From Planctomycetota bacterium (lineage in GTDB: Bacteria; Planctomycetota; JAJSAM01; JAJVHW01), in the NCBI GenBank assembly GCA_965248445.1, contig CBDFJG010000004.1, forward strand, positions 1,024,001-1,088,000: 64,000 bases of DNA. The letters run 5' to 3'. The notes beneath the pieces are model-generated. The model was not told where the DNA came from, made no database searches, and saw only the letters and a list, made by a program, of their open reading frames with translations. A program made the position numbers and the translations under genes. Positions 38,014 through 47,287 of this stretch are shown in pieces; positions within the stretch are counted from its first letter, which is position 1, and each line of letters opens with the position of its first letter.

Positions 38014-39822
38014 CTACGCCGCGAGAGACTCGAGCGTCGCGGTGAGTTCGAGCCACTTCGGCTCGGCATCCGCGAGTTCGCGCTCGACAGCGGAGAGTGC
38101 CGTGTAGAGCGCGGGGTCGGCCGAGTCCTTCTCGATCTTCGCGTGCAGCTCGGCCTTCTTCGCCTCGAGCCGCTCCATCTCCTGCTCGATCTTGCGCAGC
38201 TTGCGCTCTGCGGTCTTGCGGGCGTTGTTGCGGCGCTTTTCGTCAGCGCGCATCTGCTGCGGCGTCTTCGGGGCTGCATCGCCCTGTTTCGCGGTGCTGC
38301 GTCCGTTCTTCTTCGCGGGCGCCGACGCCTCGCGCGACCGGATCTGGAGCTGTTCGACGTAGTCCGCGTACGAGCCGGGAAGGCGCCGCACGTGTCCGCC
38401 GTCGACCTCGACGATCTGCGTCGCCGCCATGTTCACGAAGGTGCGGTCGTGGCTGACGAACAGCACCGCACCGTCGAAGTCGCGAAGAGCGTCGCCCAGC
38501 GCCTCGACCGTCTCGAAGTCGAGGTGGTTCGTCGGCTCATCGAGGATGAGAACGGGCTTCTTGGCAAGTAGCAGGCCGGCAAGGCACACGCGGGCGCGTT
38601 CGCCGCCCGAGAGCACTGCGATCCGCTTGTCGACATCGTCGCCGCGGAACAGCAGCGCGCCGGCCATCGCGAGAACTTGCTGCCGCGTCACGTCTCGCGG
38701 TGCGCACGACTCCATGTGCTCGAACACCGTGTAGTGGGGGTTGAGCGACTGGTAGACGTGCTGCGCGTAGTAGCTCACCTCGATGTTGTGCCCGAGCTTG
38801 ATGCGTCCGCCGAGTGCGTCCAGGTCGTCCGCCAGCGTGCGGAGCAGCGTCGTCTTGCCCTGGCCGTTGTCTCCGACGATCGCGACCTTGTCACCGCGGT
38901 CGATCGCGAGACCGACGTCCGTCGCGATCACGTGATCGGGGTAGCCGATCTCGAGCTCCTCGGTGGCAATGGCGAGCCCCGGACGACCGCCGGTCTTGGG
39001 GATGTGCACGCGTGCGGTGGCCAGCGGGTTCGCGATCGTGATCGGGCGCAGCCGCTCGATTTGCTTCCGCTTGCTGCGCGCCTGCGATGCCTTTGACGCC
39101 TTTGCGCCGAAGCGGTCCACGAACGACTGCAGGTGCTTGCGCTTCGCCTCGACGGCTGCGTTGGTGCGCCGAGCCAGGTCCATCTGCTCGGCCTTCCACA
39201 GGAAGAACTCCTCGATGTTCCCCGGGTACATGGTGAGTTCGCCGCGTTCGACGAGCAGCGTGTGGTCGCACGACGCCTTCAGGAACTCACGGTCATGGGA
39301 CACGACCAGGACTCCGCCACGGAAATCGACCAGGAAGTCCTGGAGCAGCAGCACGGTCGTCAGATCGAGGAAGTTCGTCGGCTCGTCGAGGATGAGGAAG
39401 TCCGGATCCGCGAGGAGCATCGCCGCCAGCTTGACACGCGTGCGGTACCCGCCGGACAACTCGTCCATGGTGGTGTCGAGGTTCTCCGGGGTCAGCCCGA
39501 GCTTGTGCGCGATCTGTCCGCAGCGCCACTCTTCGCTTTCGGTGTAACGCTCGAGGAACGCGCCCGCCGTCTCCTCGAGCGTGAACGCGTCATGCTGCTC
39601 GAGGTAGCCGACGCGCAGGCCGTCGGCGCAGACGATCTTCCCGTCGTCCGGTTCCTCCTGACCCAGGAGGAGCCGCATGAGTGTCGATTTGCCGGCGCCG
39701 TTCCTGCCGATGACGCCGACCTTCGTGTGCTGAAGGATCGACACGTTCGCGTTCTCGAGAACCGAAGTGGCGGCATACCGCTTCTCCACATCGGTCACGG
39801 TGAACGCCGTGGCGCCCTTCAT
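38014..39822 (-). CDS. ABC-F family ATP-binding protein
   Basis: Two NBDs (GRNGAGKST, GDNGQGKTT), LSGG, LDEPTN twice, VSHDR, linker RFGAKASKASQA, C-terminal coiled coil, no TMs. Confidence 0.95.
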   Translation of the reverse strand: MKGATAFTVTDVEKRYAATSVLENANVSILQHTKVGVIGRNGAGKSTLMRLLLGQEEPDDGKIVCADGLRVGYLEQHDAFTLEETAGAFLERYTESEEWRCGQIAHKLGLTPENLDTTMDELSGGYRTRVKLAAMLLADPDFLILDEPTNFLDLTTVLLLQDFLVDFRGGVLVVSHDREFLKASCDHTLLVERGELTMYPGNIEEFFLWKAEQMDLARRTNAAVEAKRKHLQSFVDRFGAKASKASQARSKRKQIERLRPITIANPLATARVHIPKTGGRPGLAIATEELEIGYPDHVIATDVGLAIDRGDKVAIVGDNGQGKTTLLRTLADDLDALGGRIKLGHNIEVSYYAQHVYQSLNPHYTVFEHMESCAPRDVTRQQVLAMAGALLFRGDDVDKRIAVLSGGERARVCLAGLLLAKKPVLILDEPTNHLDFETVEALGDALRDFDGAVLFVSHDRTFVNMAATQIVEVDGGHVRRLPGSYADYVEQLQIRSREASAPAKKNGRSTAKQGDAAPKTPQQMRADEKRRNNARKTAERKLRKIEQEMERLEAKKAELHAKIEKDSADPALYTALSAVERELADAEPKWLELTATLESLAA

Positions 39823-39934
39823 GACGAGGCTCCGGAGCCCCTCCGGGCGGACTTTCGGGTGGCCGTTCGGTACATACGCCGCGGAGGGTACGCATCCCCC
39901 CGCGGATCGCCTACCGATGCACAGGCTCCCTCTC

Positions 39935-40036
39935 ACACCGGGTCTAACTACTCAACGTTCAGCCTCACCTTGCGCAACGAGCTGACGTCGCCCGAGTCGT
40001 CGTCAGCCTCGCAAGTTGAGGAGTTAGACCCGGTGT
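39935..40036. repeat. 102-bp palindromic element with 22-bp terminal inverted repeats
   Basis: ACACCGGGTCTAACTACTCAAC (39935-39956) versus the reverse complement of 40015-40036 (21/22 match); inner GCTGACG/CGTCAGC stem. Confidence 0.8.
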
Positions 40037-40039
40037 TGG

Positions 40040-40711
40040 TCAGTTCGCGACCAGGCCGTCCACGATGTGCACGATCCGGTCGGCGCGTGCAGCGACGACG
40101 TCGTCGTGTGTGACAAGCACGAGCGCCACGTTGCGGTCGCGGCGGAGGCTGTCCAGGAGGTCCAGGATCGTGGCGCCGCTCGCCGAGTCGAGGTTGCCGG
40201 TCGGCTCGTCGGCCAGCACGACCCGCGGCTCGTTGACGAGCGCCCGGGCGATGGCCACTCGCTGACGCTGCCCGCCCGAGAGCTGATTCGGACGATGTCT
40301 GGCGCGGTCTGCCAGTCCGACGGCATCGAGAAGCGCGTGTGCGCGACGCCGCTGTTCCGCGGCGGGAACGCGGAGCGCCATCAGAGGGATGGCGACGTTC
40401 TCGTCGGCGGTCAGCGTCGGGATCAGGTGGTGTAGCTGGAACACGAATCCGAGCGACTGCGCGCGGACTCGGTCCAGTCGGGCGACATCGGTCAGATCCT
40501 GACCGGCGAACCGCACGCAGCCTTCGTCCGGGCGGTCCAGCGCGCCCAGAAGGTGCATCAGCGTGCTCTTGCCGCTGCCGGACGGTCCCGTGATGGCGAC
40601 GAATTCGCCTTCGCGAATAGACATCGACACGCCGGCGAGTGCGCGGATGCGCCCGCCCTCGTACGTCTTCACGACGTTCTCGGCGGCCAGCACGACGGGC
40701 GGTGAGTCCAT
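40040..40711 (-). CDS. ABC transporter ATP-binding protein (LolD/MacB-type)
   Basis: GPSGSGKST, GFVFQ, LSGGQRQRVAIARAL, ADEPTGNLD, VTHD. Confidence 0.95.
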   Translation of the reverse strand: MDSPPVVLAAENVVKTYEGGRIRALAGVSMSIREGEFVAITGPSGSGKSTLMHLLGALDRPDEGCVRFAGQDLTDVARLDRVRAQSLGFVFQLHHLIPTLTADENVAIPLMALRVPAAEQRRRAHALLDAVGLADRARHRPNQLSGGQRQRVAIARALVNEPRVVLADEPTGNLDSASGATILDLLDSLRRDRNVALVLVTHDDVVAARADRIVHIVDGLVAN

Positions 40712-41814
40712 CACTCGTACCGCAACGCCTCGATGGGCTGAATGCGCGTTGCGCGCCACGCCGGATACACGGATCCGACGACGCACATCCCGATCGCCAC
40801 GATCATCGCCGTGACGTACACGCCCATTCCGTAGTCGCCGGCGACCCAGGCGAACTGCTCGAGCCGTGCGATGCCCTCGACCACGCCGACGCCGAGGAGG
40901 ATGCCGAGCGGTCCGCCGACGATCGCGATGAGCGCCGCCTCGGCCAGGATCTCGCGGACGACCATCGACCGGCTCCAGCCGACGGCCTGCAGCACGCCGA
41001 TCTCGCGCGTGCGCTCGAACACGCTCATCAGCATCGTGTTCATGACGCTGAGGCCGCCGATCGCGATGGCGAGCAGTGTGAACACCGTCGCCGCCTGATC
41101 CGCGAGGTCGAATTCGTCGAACGAGTCCGCCCACTGGGCCGGGGGTGTCGCACTCAGGTTCTCGTGAGCCGCTTCGATTGCCTGCTCCGTGGCGGCCAGT
41201 CCCTCGCGGGAGAAGTCGGAGACCGTGACCAGCGCGGTCGTCATCTTGCCCTGCAGCCCCGCGGCCTCCTGCGCGTCGGCGTAGGAGAGCAGCGCCGACG
41301 CATTCACGAACGGTGTCGCCGACTCGTGGACCCCGACGACCGTGAACTCCTTCTTCCCGAGCCGCAGCGTGTCACCCGGCGCCTTCTTCATGTTCCGTGC
41401 TGCGAGCTTGCCGAGTGAGACGCGGTCACCGGTGCCGTCGAAGATCCCCTCGCCCTCGATGATCGAGATCTGATCCATGAACGGGCTCGCGGGCGTCGTC
41501 CCGAAGAAGATGAACACCGCGAGCGGCGGCGCCTGCATGGCTCCGATCAGGACCGGCTCCGCCTGCACCACATCCGGTCGTGCCCGGAGATCGTCGAGCA
41601 CTGCCGCGTCGACGTACGAGAGGATCGGATCCGCCGCGTCTTTCAGACTGACGATCAGGTGCGCCTTGCCTGTCGCGAACATGCCGTTCACCTGGGTCCG
41701 AAACCCGCGCGCCGTGGAAGACAGTGCGACCACGATCGACACACCGATGGCCACGCCGAGCACGGTGAGAGCCGTGCGCGTGCGGCGGCGCAGCAGGTTG
41801 CGAAGCGACAGCAT
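40711..41814 (-). CDS. ABC transporter permease (FtsX/MacB family)
   Basis: RNLLRRRTRTALTVLGVAIGV, NTMLMSVFERTREIGVL, PAWRATRIQPIEALRYE. Confidence 0.94.
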   Translation of the reverse strand: MLSLRNLLRRRTRTALTVLGVAIGVSIVVALSSTARGFRTQVNGMFATGKAHLIVSLKDAADPILSYVDAAVLDDLRARPDVVQAEPVLIGAMQAPPLAVFIFFGTTPASPFMDQISIIEGEGIFDGTGDRVSLGKLAARNMKKAPGDTLRLGKKEFTVVGVHESATPFVNASALLSYADAQEAAGLQGKMTTALVTVSDFSREGLAATEQAIEAAHENLSATPPAQWADSFDEFDLADQAATVFTLLAIAIGGLSVMNTMLMSVFERTREIGVLQAVGWSRSMVVREILAEAALIAIVGGPLGILLGVGVVEGIARLEQFAWVAGDYGMGVYVTAMIVAIGMCVVGSVYPAWRATRIQPIEALRYE

Positions 41815-41834
41815 CAGTACGGAGACTCTCAGGG

Positions 41835-43163
41835 CTACGGAGCGAGCGTTCTGCGTATTCCGGACCCAACGGCGAAACCGCTCGACCAGGCCCACTGGAA
41901 GTTGAAGCCGCCGAGACGGCCGGTCGCATCGCAGACCTCGCCGCAGAAGTGGATGCCCGCGGCGAGCCGGCTCTCGAGCGAGCGGCGGTCGAGGTCGCGC
42001 AGCGGCACGCCGCCGGACGTCACCTCGGCCTTCCTGTAGCCCTCGCTGCCGGTCACGCCGAGGTCGAGGGCGCAGACCGCCACCGCCGCGTCGCGGCGCT
42101 CGCCGCGGGTGAGCTGTGCGAGCGGCTTCTCGTGCGCGGCCACCATGGTCCGGACGAAACGCCGGGGCAGACGCCGCTCGAGGAATGAGCCGAGCGTTCC
42201 CCCTCCTCGCTTCGCCGCCTCCATCAGCGTGCGTTCCATCGCAGCCGGTTCCGTGGCCGGCGGCGGGTCCGGAAGACACGCTCCCGGTGGCTTGCCGAGT
42301 GACCGGTAGGGTGCGAACGCGCCGCCGGGGTCCGCCGCCGTCCACAGGTCAGCCAGCACGCGAAACGGGAGATCCTCGGATCGCGCGCGTTCGACCGCCA
42401 CGGAGACGTCGAGTGCCGCCGGACCGCTGACGCCCCGGTGCGTGAAGAGCAGGCCGCCCGTCGCGTGCCGTTGCACGCGACCCTGTTCGTCCACGACGCG
42501 CAGGATCGCGACGGTCGTCAACCCGGCGAGTGAGTCGGGAGTCGAACCGAGGAGCGGGGCGAGTGCAGGCACGGTCGGCACGATGGTGTGGCCGAGCCGG
42601 CGGGCCAGCGCCAGCCCGAAGCCGTCCGATCCGGTCTCGGGTACGGACAACCCGCCCGTCGAGATCACCACGCGATCCGCGATCAGGTCGTTCGTGACCT
42701 GCCACGCGTCCGCGTCTTGTTCGAGTGCGCCGACGCGGGTACCGAAGCGCGTCTTCACACCCGCGCCCTCGACCGCGCCGAGAAGAGCGGACAGGATCCC
42801 CTTCGCGCGACCCTGCCGCGGGAACAGCTTCCCGAGGGGCTCCTCCGCGAGCTGGACACCGAGGCCCGCGAACAGGTGGCGCACCGACGTCACCGGAAAA
42901 CCGCGCAGCACACCACGCACGAGATGCGGATGCTGCGAGTCGAAGTCCGTGTCCGTGACGGAGGCGTTCGTCACGTTGCATCGGCCGCCGCCGCTGATCA
43001 GGATCTTCTTCCCCGGACGTTGCTGACCATCGAGGAGGACCACCGAGGGCCCGTCGTCGGGCCCCAGCAGCGAGCCGTCCTCGGCCACCGCCCCGCGGGC
43101 CGCGAGGGCCGCTAGGAGCCCGGCGGCGCCTGCTCCGATCACGGCAACGTCCGCGTGTTCCAT
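41835..43163 (-). CDS. NAD(P)/FAD-dependent oxidoreductase, HI0933/BaiN/YhiN family
   Basis: IGAGAAG, GKKILISGGGRCNVTN, TGGLSVPETGSDG, LFTHRGVSGP, GEVCDATGRLGGFNFQWAWSSG. Confidence 0.95.
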   Translation of the reverse strand: MEHADVAVIGAGAAGLLAALAARGAVAEDGSLLGPDDGPSVVLLDGQQRPGKKILISGGGRCNVTNASVTDTDFDSQHPHLVRGVLRGFPVTSVRHLFAGLGVQLAEEPLGKLFPRQGRAKGILSALLGAVEGAGVKTRFGTRVGALEQDADAWQVTNDLIADRVVISTGGLSVPETGSDGFGLALARRLGHTIVPTVPALAPLLGSTPDSLAGLTTVAILRVVDEQGRVQRHATGGLLFTHRGVSGPAALDVSVAVERARSEDLPFRVLADLWTAADPGGAFAPYRSLGKPPGACLPDPPPATEPAAMERTLMEAAKRGGGTLGSFLERRLPRRFVRTMVAAHEKPLAQLTRGERRDAAVAVCALDLGVTGSEGYRKAEVTSGGVPLRDLDRRSLESRLAAGIHFCGEVCDATGRLGGFNFQWAWSSGFAVGSGIRRTLAP

Positions 43164-43217
43164 GCGGCGGGCACGGTAGCGCTTGGCCGTCCGGGTCGGG
43201 GCATCGAAGATCGCGCG

Positions 43218-44381
43218 ATGCTGACAGCACGTCGCACGCTCATGGCACTGGTCCTGCTTGCCGTTGCGCTACCCGCGCGAGGCGACAACGGCGCACAGCC
43301 CGCACGCGATGCCGCCCGTCGTGCCTATCAGGCATATGAGACGGTGCTCTACGACCCGCCGCGAGCCCCGCGGGAGGGCGACCGCACGGCCTACCTCGCC
43401 GCCGTGGACTCGTGGCAGTCCAAGCGCATGAAGATGCTCGACGAGTTTGTCGCGACGTTCGAGAAGACGGATTGGGAGGGATGGTCGCCGAGCGAGGACA
43501 TCAAGCTCCTCGAGACCGGTCTGCTCTCGGCGGGGGAACGCGCGTACGAGAAGGGCGAGGGCGACCGCGCGATCCGCGCGTACGAGATGCTGATCCGGAA
43601 GGTGCCCGACGCGCGGCGGCGCATGATCTTCCCGGTGCGCAAGCTGCCGCTCTCGTACTTGAAGGCCGGCCGCATCGACGAAGGGCGTCGTCGCACCGAA
43701 GAACTGATCGAGGTGGCGCCGCCCATGTACCGGCCGCGACTTCTCGTGCTGGCCGGCGACTTCGAGTGTCTGCTCGGTAACACCGACGCCGCGCGCGAGC
43801 TGTACCGCCGCTGCTGGGAGTCGGTACCGGACAAACTCAAGGAGTGCTGCGGCACCGAGGCCGACAGCGCACGCGATGCGTGGGTGAAACTGGCGGTCTT
43901 GGCACAGAAGGTCTCCCTCGACGGCGCGGCGTGGTCGATCGGCACCGTACCGGCGCCGCGACCCGGCAAGATGCGCGTGGTCTCCGTCATCGACCTCTAC
44001 CGCGGGTGGGATGTGAACCTCGCAGGCCGCGCGCACAAGCTGCTCGCCAAGTACCCGGACGTCCTCGCCGGGTCGGCGGTGGTCTCGTTCGCCGAGGACA
44101 CCGGAGATGCGAAACCGTCGACTGCGGAGGCGCGCAAGCCGCGCTACGACCAGCGCGGTCCGGTTCGCTTGCCTGCGCGGGAGCGCGCCGCCGAGGTCCA
44201 CCGCAATCTAGGCTGGAGCATGCCGGTCGTCGGTCTTCCGGCCCATCGCCTGCCCGCCGACGTCTGGACGGGCGACTACGACATCGTCGTTGCCGACGAG
44301 ACCGGCAGGGTCGCATTCGTGCGCGGGCCCGCGGAGGACCGCACCGTTCTCGATGCGATCCTCGAGCGCGCCCGGCGATGA
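43218..44381 (+). CDS. Secreted TPR protein with a possible Cys-less thioredoxin-like C-terminus
   Basis: Signal peptide; TPR-like helices; GKMRVVSVIDLYRGW and DIVVADETGRVAFV resemble TlpA-like strands. Confidence 0.65.
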   Translation: MLTARRTLMALVLLAVALPARGDNGAQPARDAARRAYQAYETVLYDPPRAPREGDRTAYLAAVDSWQSKRMKMLDEFVATFEKTDWEGWSPSEDIKLLETGLLSAGERAYEKGEGDRAIRAYEMLIRKVPDARRRMIFPVRKLPLSYLKAGRIDEGRRRTEELIEVAPPMYRPRLLVLAGDFECLLGNTDAARELYRRCWESVPDKLKECCGTEADSARDAWVKLAVLAQKVSLDGAAWSIGTVPAPRPGKMRVVSVIDLYRGWDVNLAGRAHKLLAKYPDVLAGSAVVSFAEDTGDAKPSTAEARKPRYDQRGPVRLPARERAAEVHRNLGWSMPVVGLPAHRLPADVWTGDYDIVVADETGRVAFVRGPAEDRTVLDAILERARR

Positions 44382-46165
44382 GCGTCTCCGCGGACTACGA
44401 GCAGCGGCGCACGGCGGCCCACGACGCCGCGGGGCTCGCGACGTCGCGCGGCAATCGCCTCGGCGATCTTCGTCTGCTGTCGGTGGGTGTAGCGGTGGTG
44501 CTCGGCTTCGCCGCACTCGGCGCGGACTCGGTCCCGTGGTGGACCGTTCTGCTCCCGCTCGCTGCGTTCGCCGCGCTCGTCGTTGTCGACGCGCGCCTCA
44601 TGTCACGTCGGGACGCCGACCTGCGCCGCGTGGATCTGTACGAGCACGGCGTCGCACGGCTCGACGGGACGTGGCCCGGTCGTGGAGCCGACGGCGCTCG
44701 CTTCGCTGACGCGGATCACGCGTACTCGGAGCACCTCGACGTCTTCGGCAAGGGCTCTCTGTTCCAGTTGCTGTCGCGCGCGCGCACCCCACAGGGTGAG
44801 GAGCGGCTTGCCGCGTGGCTCGGCGCTCCGGCGGACCGCGCCGAGGTCCTCGCCCGGCAGGCAGCGGTGCAGGAACTCGCGCCCGGCGTCGACCTGCGCG
44901 AAGACGTGGCGCTGCTCGGTGACGACGCCGCCACGGCCGCCGCGCTGGCCGGGCTGCCCGTGTGGGGGACTGCACCGCCGGAGCTGCCGACCGGCGGGAC
45001 GCGCCTCCTCCATCATCTGCTGCCGGTCCCGGCGGTCGTGGCGCTCGTGCTCTCGATCGCAACGCCGCTGCCGTTCTGGCCCGTCGTTGCGCTGTGGGTA
45101 CTCGCAGCGATCGTGGCCCGCGTTGCCACGCCGGCGGTCGTTCGCGTGACGGAGGCGGTCGACGGGGCCGCGCGCGATCTGCAACTCCTCTCCGGAATGC
45201 TGGAGCGGCTCGAACGCGAGTCGTTCACGGCGCCGCGGCTGCGTGATCTGCACGATCGGATCGTGGTCGACGGCGATCCCGCGTCCCATCGGATCCGCGT
45301 GCTCGAGCGCCGCGTCGGAGCGCACGATCTGACGCGAAACCAGTTCTTCGTGCCCGTTGCTCTGTTCCTGTTCTGGCCTCTGCAGACGGCACACTTCCTC
45401 GAATCTTGGCGCCGGGCCAACGGCACTCTGCTCGCCGGGTGGGTGGATGCTCTCGCGGAGATCGAGGCGCTGCTGTCGCTGGCGGGGCACGCGCACGAGA
45501 ACCCCGACGATGTGTTCCCGGTCGTGACCGAGGGAGACGGTCCCGCGCTCGCGGCGGTCGCGCTCGGCCACCCGCTGCTGACGCGCGATCGCGTCGTCCG
45601 CAACGACGTCACGATCGACGCCGAGCGCCGGGTTCACGTCGTCAGTGGCTCGAACATGTCGGGCAAGAGCACGCTGCTGCGGACGGTCGGCACGAATGTG
45701 GCCCTCGCGCTGGCCGGCGGCCCGGTGCGCGCGGAGTCGATGGAACTGACGCTCCTCGCGCTCGGGGCGTCGATCCAGGTGCATGACTCGCTGCTCGACG
45801 GCGAGTCCCGTTTCTACGCGGAGGTCACGCGAGTCGGTCAGGTGCTGGGTCTCGCGAAGAGCTCCGGTATCCCGGTGCTCTTCCTGCTCGACGAGCTGTT
45901 CCACGGCACCAACTCGGCAGACCGGCGAACGGGCGCGGCAGCCGTCGTCCGCACGCTGGTGGAACGCGGCGCGGCCGGCTTCGTCACGACGCACGATCTG
46001 GCGATCGCCGGCCTGGCCGAGGACATCGCCCAGGGCGTGGTGAACGTCCACTTCGAGGACCGCTACGAGGACGGCCGAATGACGTTCGATTACCGCATGC
46101 GCCCGGGCGTGGTCACACGTAGCAACGCGCTGGCATTGATGCGTGCCGTCGGAATCGACGTCTAG
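44378..46165 (+). CDS. Membrane-anchored MutS domain V (MutS-related) ATPase
   Basis: ATGA overlap; N-terminal TMs, HLDVFGKGSLFQ, GHPL, GSNMSGKSTLLR, SRFYAE, DELFHGTNS, TTHD. Confidence 0.92.
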   Translation: MSVSADYEQRRTAAHDAAGLATSRGNRLGDLRLLSVGVAVVLGFAALGADSVPWWTVLLPLAAFAALVVVDARLMSRRDADLRRVDLYEHGVARLDGTWPGRGADGARFADADHAYSEHLDVFGKGSLFQLLSRARTPQGEERLAAWLGAPADRAEVLARQAAVQELAPGVDLREDVALLGDDAATAAALAGLPVWGTAPPELPTGGTRLLHHLLPVPAVVALVLSIATPLPFWPVVALWVLAAIVARVATPAVVRVTEAVDGAARDLQLLSGMLERLERESFTAPRLRDLHDRIVVDGDPASHRIRVLERRVGAHDLTRNQFFVPVALFLFWPLQTAHFLESWRRANGTLLAGWVDALAEIEALLSLAGHAHENPDDVFPVVTEGDGPALAAVALGHPLLTRDRVVRNDVTIDAERRVHVVSGSNMSGKSTLLRTVGTNVALALAGGPVRAESMELTLLALGASIQVHDSLLDGESRFYAEVTRVGQVLGLAKSSGIPVLFLLDELFHGTNSADRRTGAAAVVRTLVERGAAGFVTTHDLAIAGLAEDIAQGVVNVHFEDRYEDGRMTFDYRMRPGVVTRSNALALMRAVGIDV

Positions 46166-46233
46166 CGCACATCCAGGAGGGCGCCGATCCCATCAGCGCA
46201 CCGCTGGGTGATCCCGCTCGTAGCATCCCGGGG

Positions 46234-47287
46234 GTGAGAGACCTCTGGAACCGGCTGTTCGTGTCGTTCGGAGCGCTGCTCGTCGTCCTCCTGACCGGGA
46301 CGTTCGGGTACCACGTCCTGGGTGACGGCCGCTGGTCGATGGTCGAGTCCCTGTATATGACCGTGCAGGTCATCACCACGCTCGGCATCGAGACCCTGGA
46401 CGGCTACGGCGACACGCCCACCCGCGTGTTCACCATGCTGTTGCTGCTGAGCGGCATAGGGACGTTCCTATACTTCGCCTCCTCATTGACCGCTTTCATC
46501 CTCGAGAGCGACCTTCGCGAGGTCTTTCGGAGACGGCGCATGCAGAAGCACATCGACAGCCTGAGCAACCACGTGATCGTGTGCGGGGCCGGGCGGACCG
46601 GACGGCACGTGGTCCGCGAGTTGATCGACTCGGAGACTGCGTTCGTCGTGATCGACCACGACGAGGCCCATCTCAAGGCTCTCTATGACGGGGAGGACGA
46701 GGGGAAGACCCCGCACGTCGTCGGCGACGCGACCGACGACGAGATCCTGCTGTCGGCCGGTCTCGAGCGTGCGCGAGCGCTCGTGGCGGCCCTCCACGAC
46801 GACAAGCAGAACCTGTACGTCGTGGTGACCGCCCGCGACGTCAATCCCGGCATCCGAATCGTGACGAAGGCCATCGACGCTCGCGCGGCGGACAAGCTCC
46901 GCAAGGCCGGTGCGGACTCGGTCGTGTCGACAACTCAGATCGGCGCCCACCGCCTGGCCTCCGAGGTGCTGCGGCCGCACGTGACCGAGTTCCTCGAGGA
47001 GATGCTCAACGAGCGCGACATCCGGTTGCGTATCGAGGAGGTGCACCTGCCTCCGGGCTCGCCGATGCAGGGGAAGACGTTGCGCGACGCGCACATCCGG
47101 TCGCATTCGAGCGCGCTCGTGCTCGCCATCAGGGACGGTAAGCAGGGGACGTATACATACAACCCCGGCCCTGACGAGGTGTTGCACGGGGGGGGGGGGG
47201 GGGGGGGGGGGGACTCTGATCGTCCTGCTGCCGCTCGAGGCACTGCCGCGCCTGCGCAAGGGCGTAGAGTACGGCTGGAGTGCGTAG
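46234..47287 (+). CDS. Potassium channel family protein (2-TM pore + TrkA-N/TrkA-C RCK), frameshifted at a 25-G run
   Basis: TVQVITTLG pore, HVIVCGAGRTG, GDATDD, AGADSVV, LVLAIR..YNPGPD; the C-terminus TLIVLLPL...WSA* lies in the +1 frame after the poly-G. Confidence 0.85.
47188..47212 (+). repeat. Homopolymer G25
   Basis: 25 consecutive G inside the K+ channel CDS. Confidence 0.95.
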
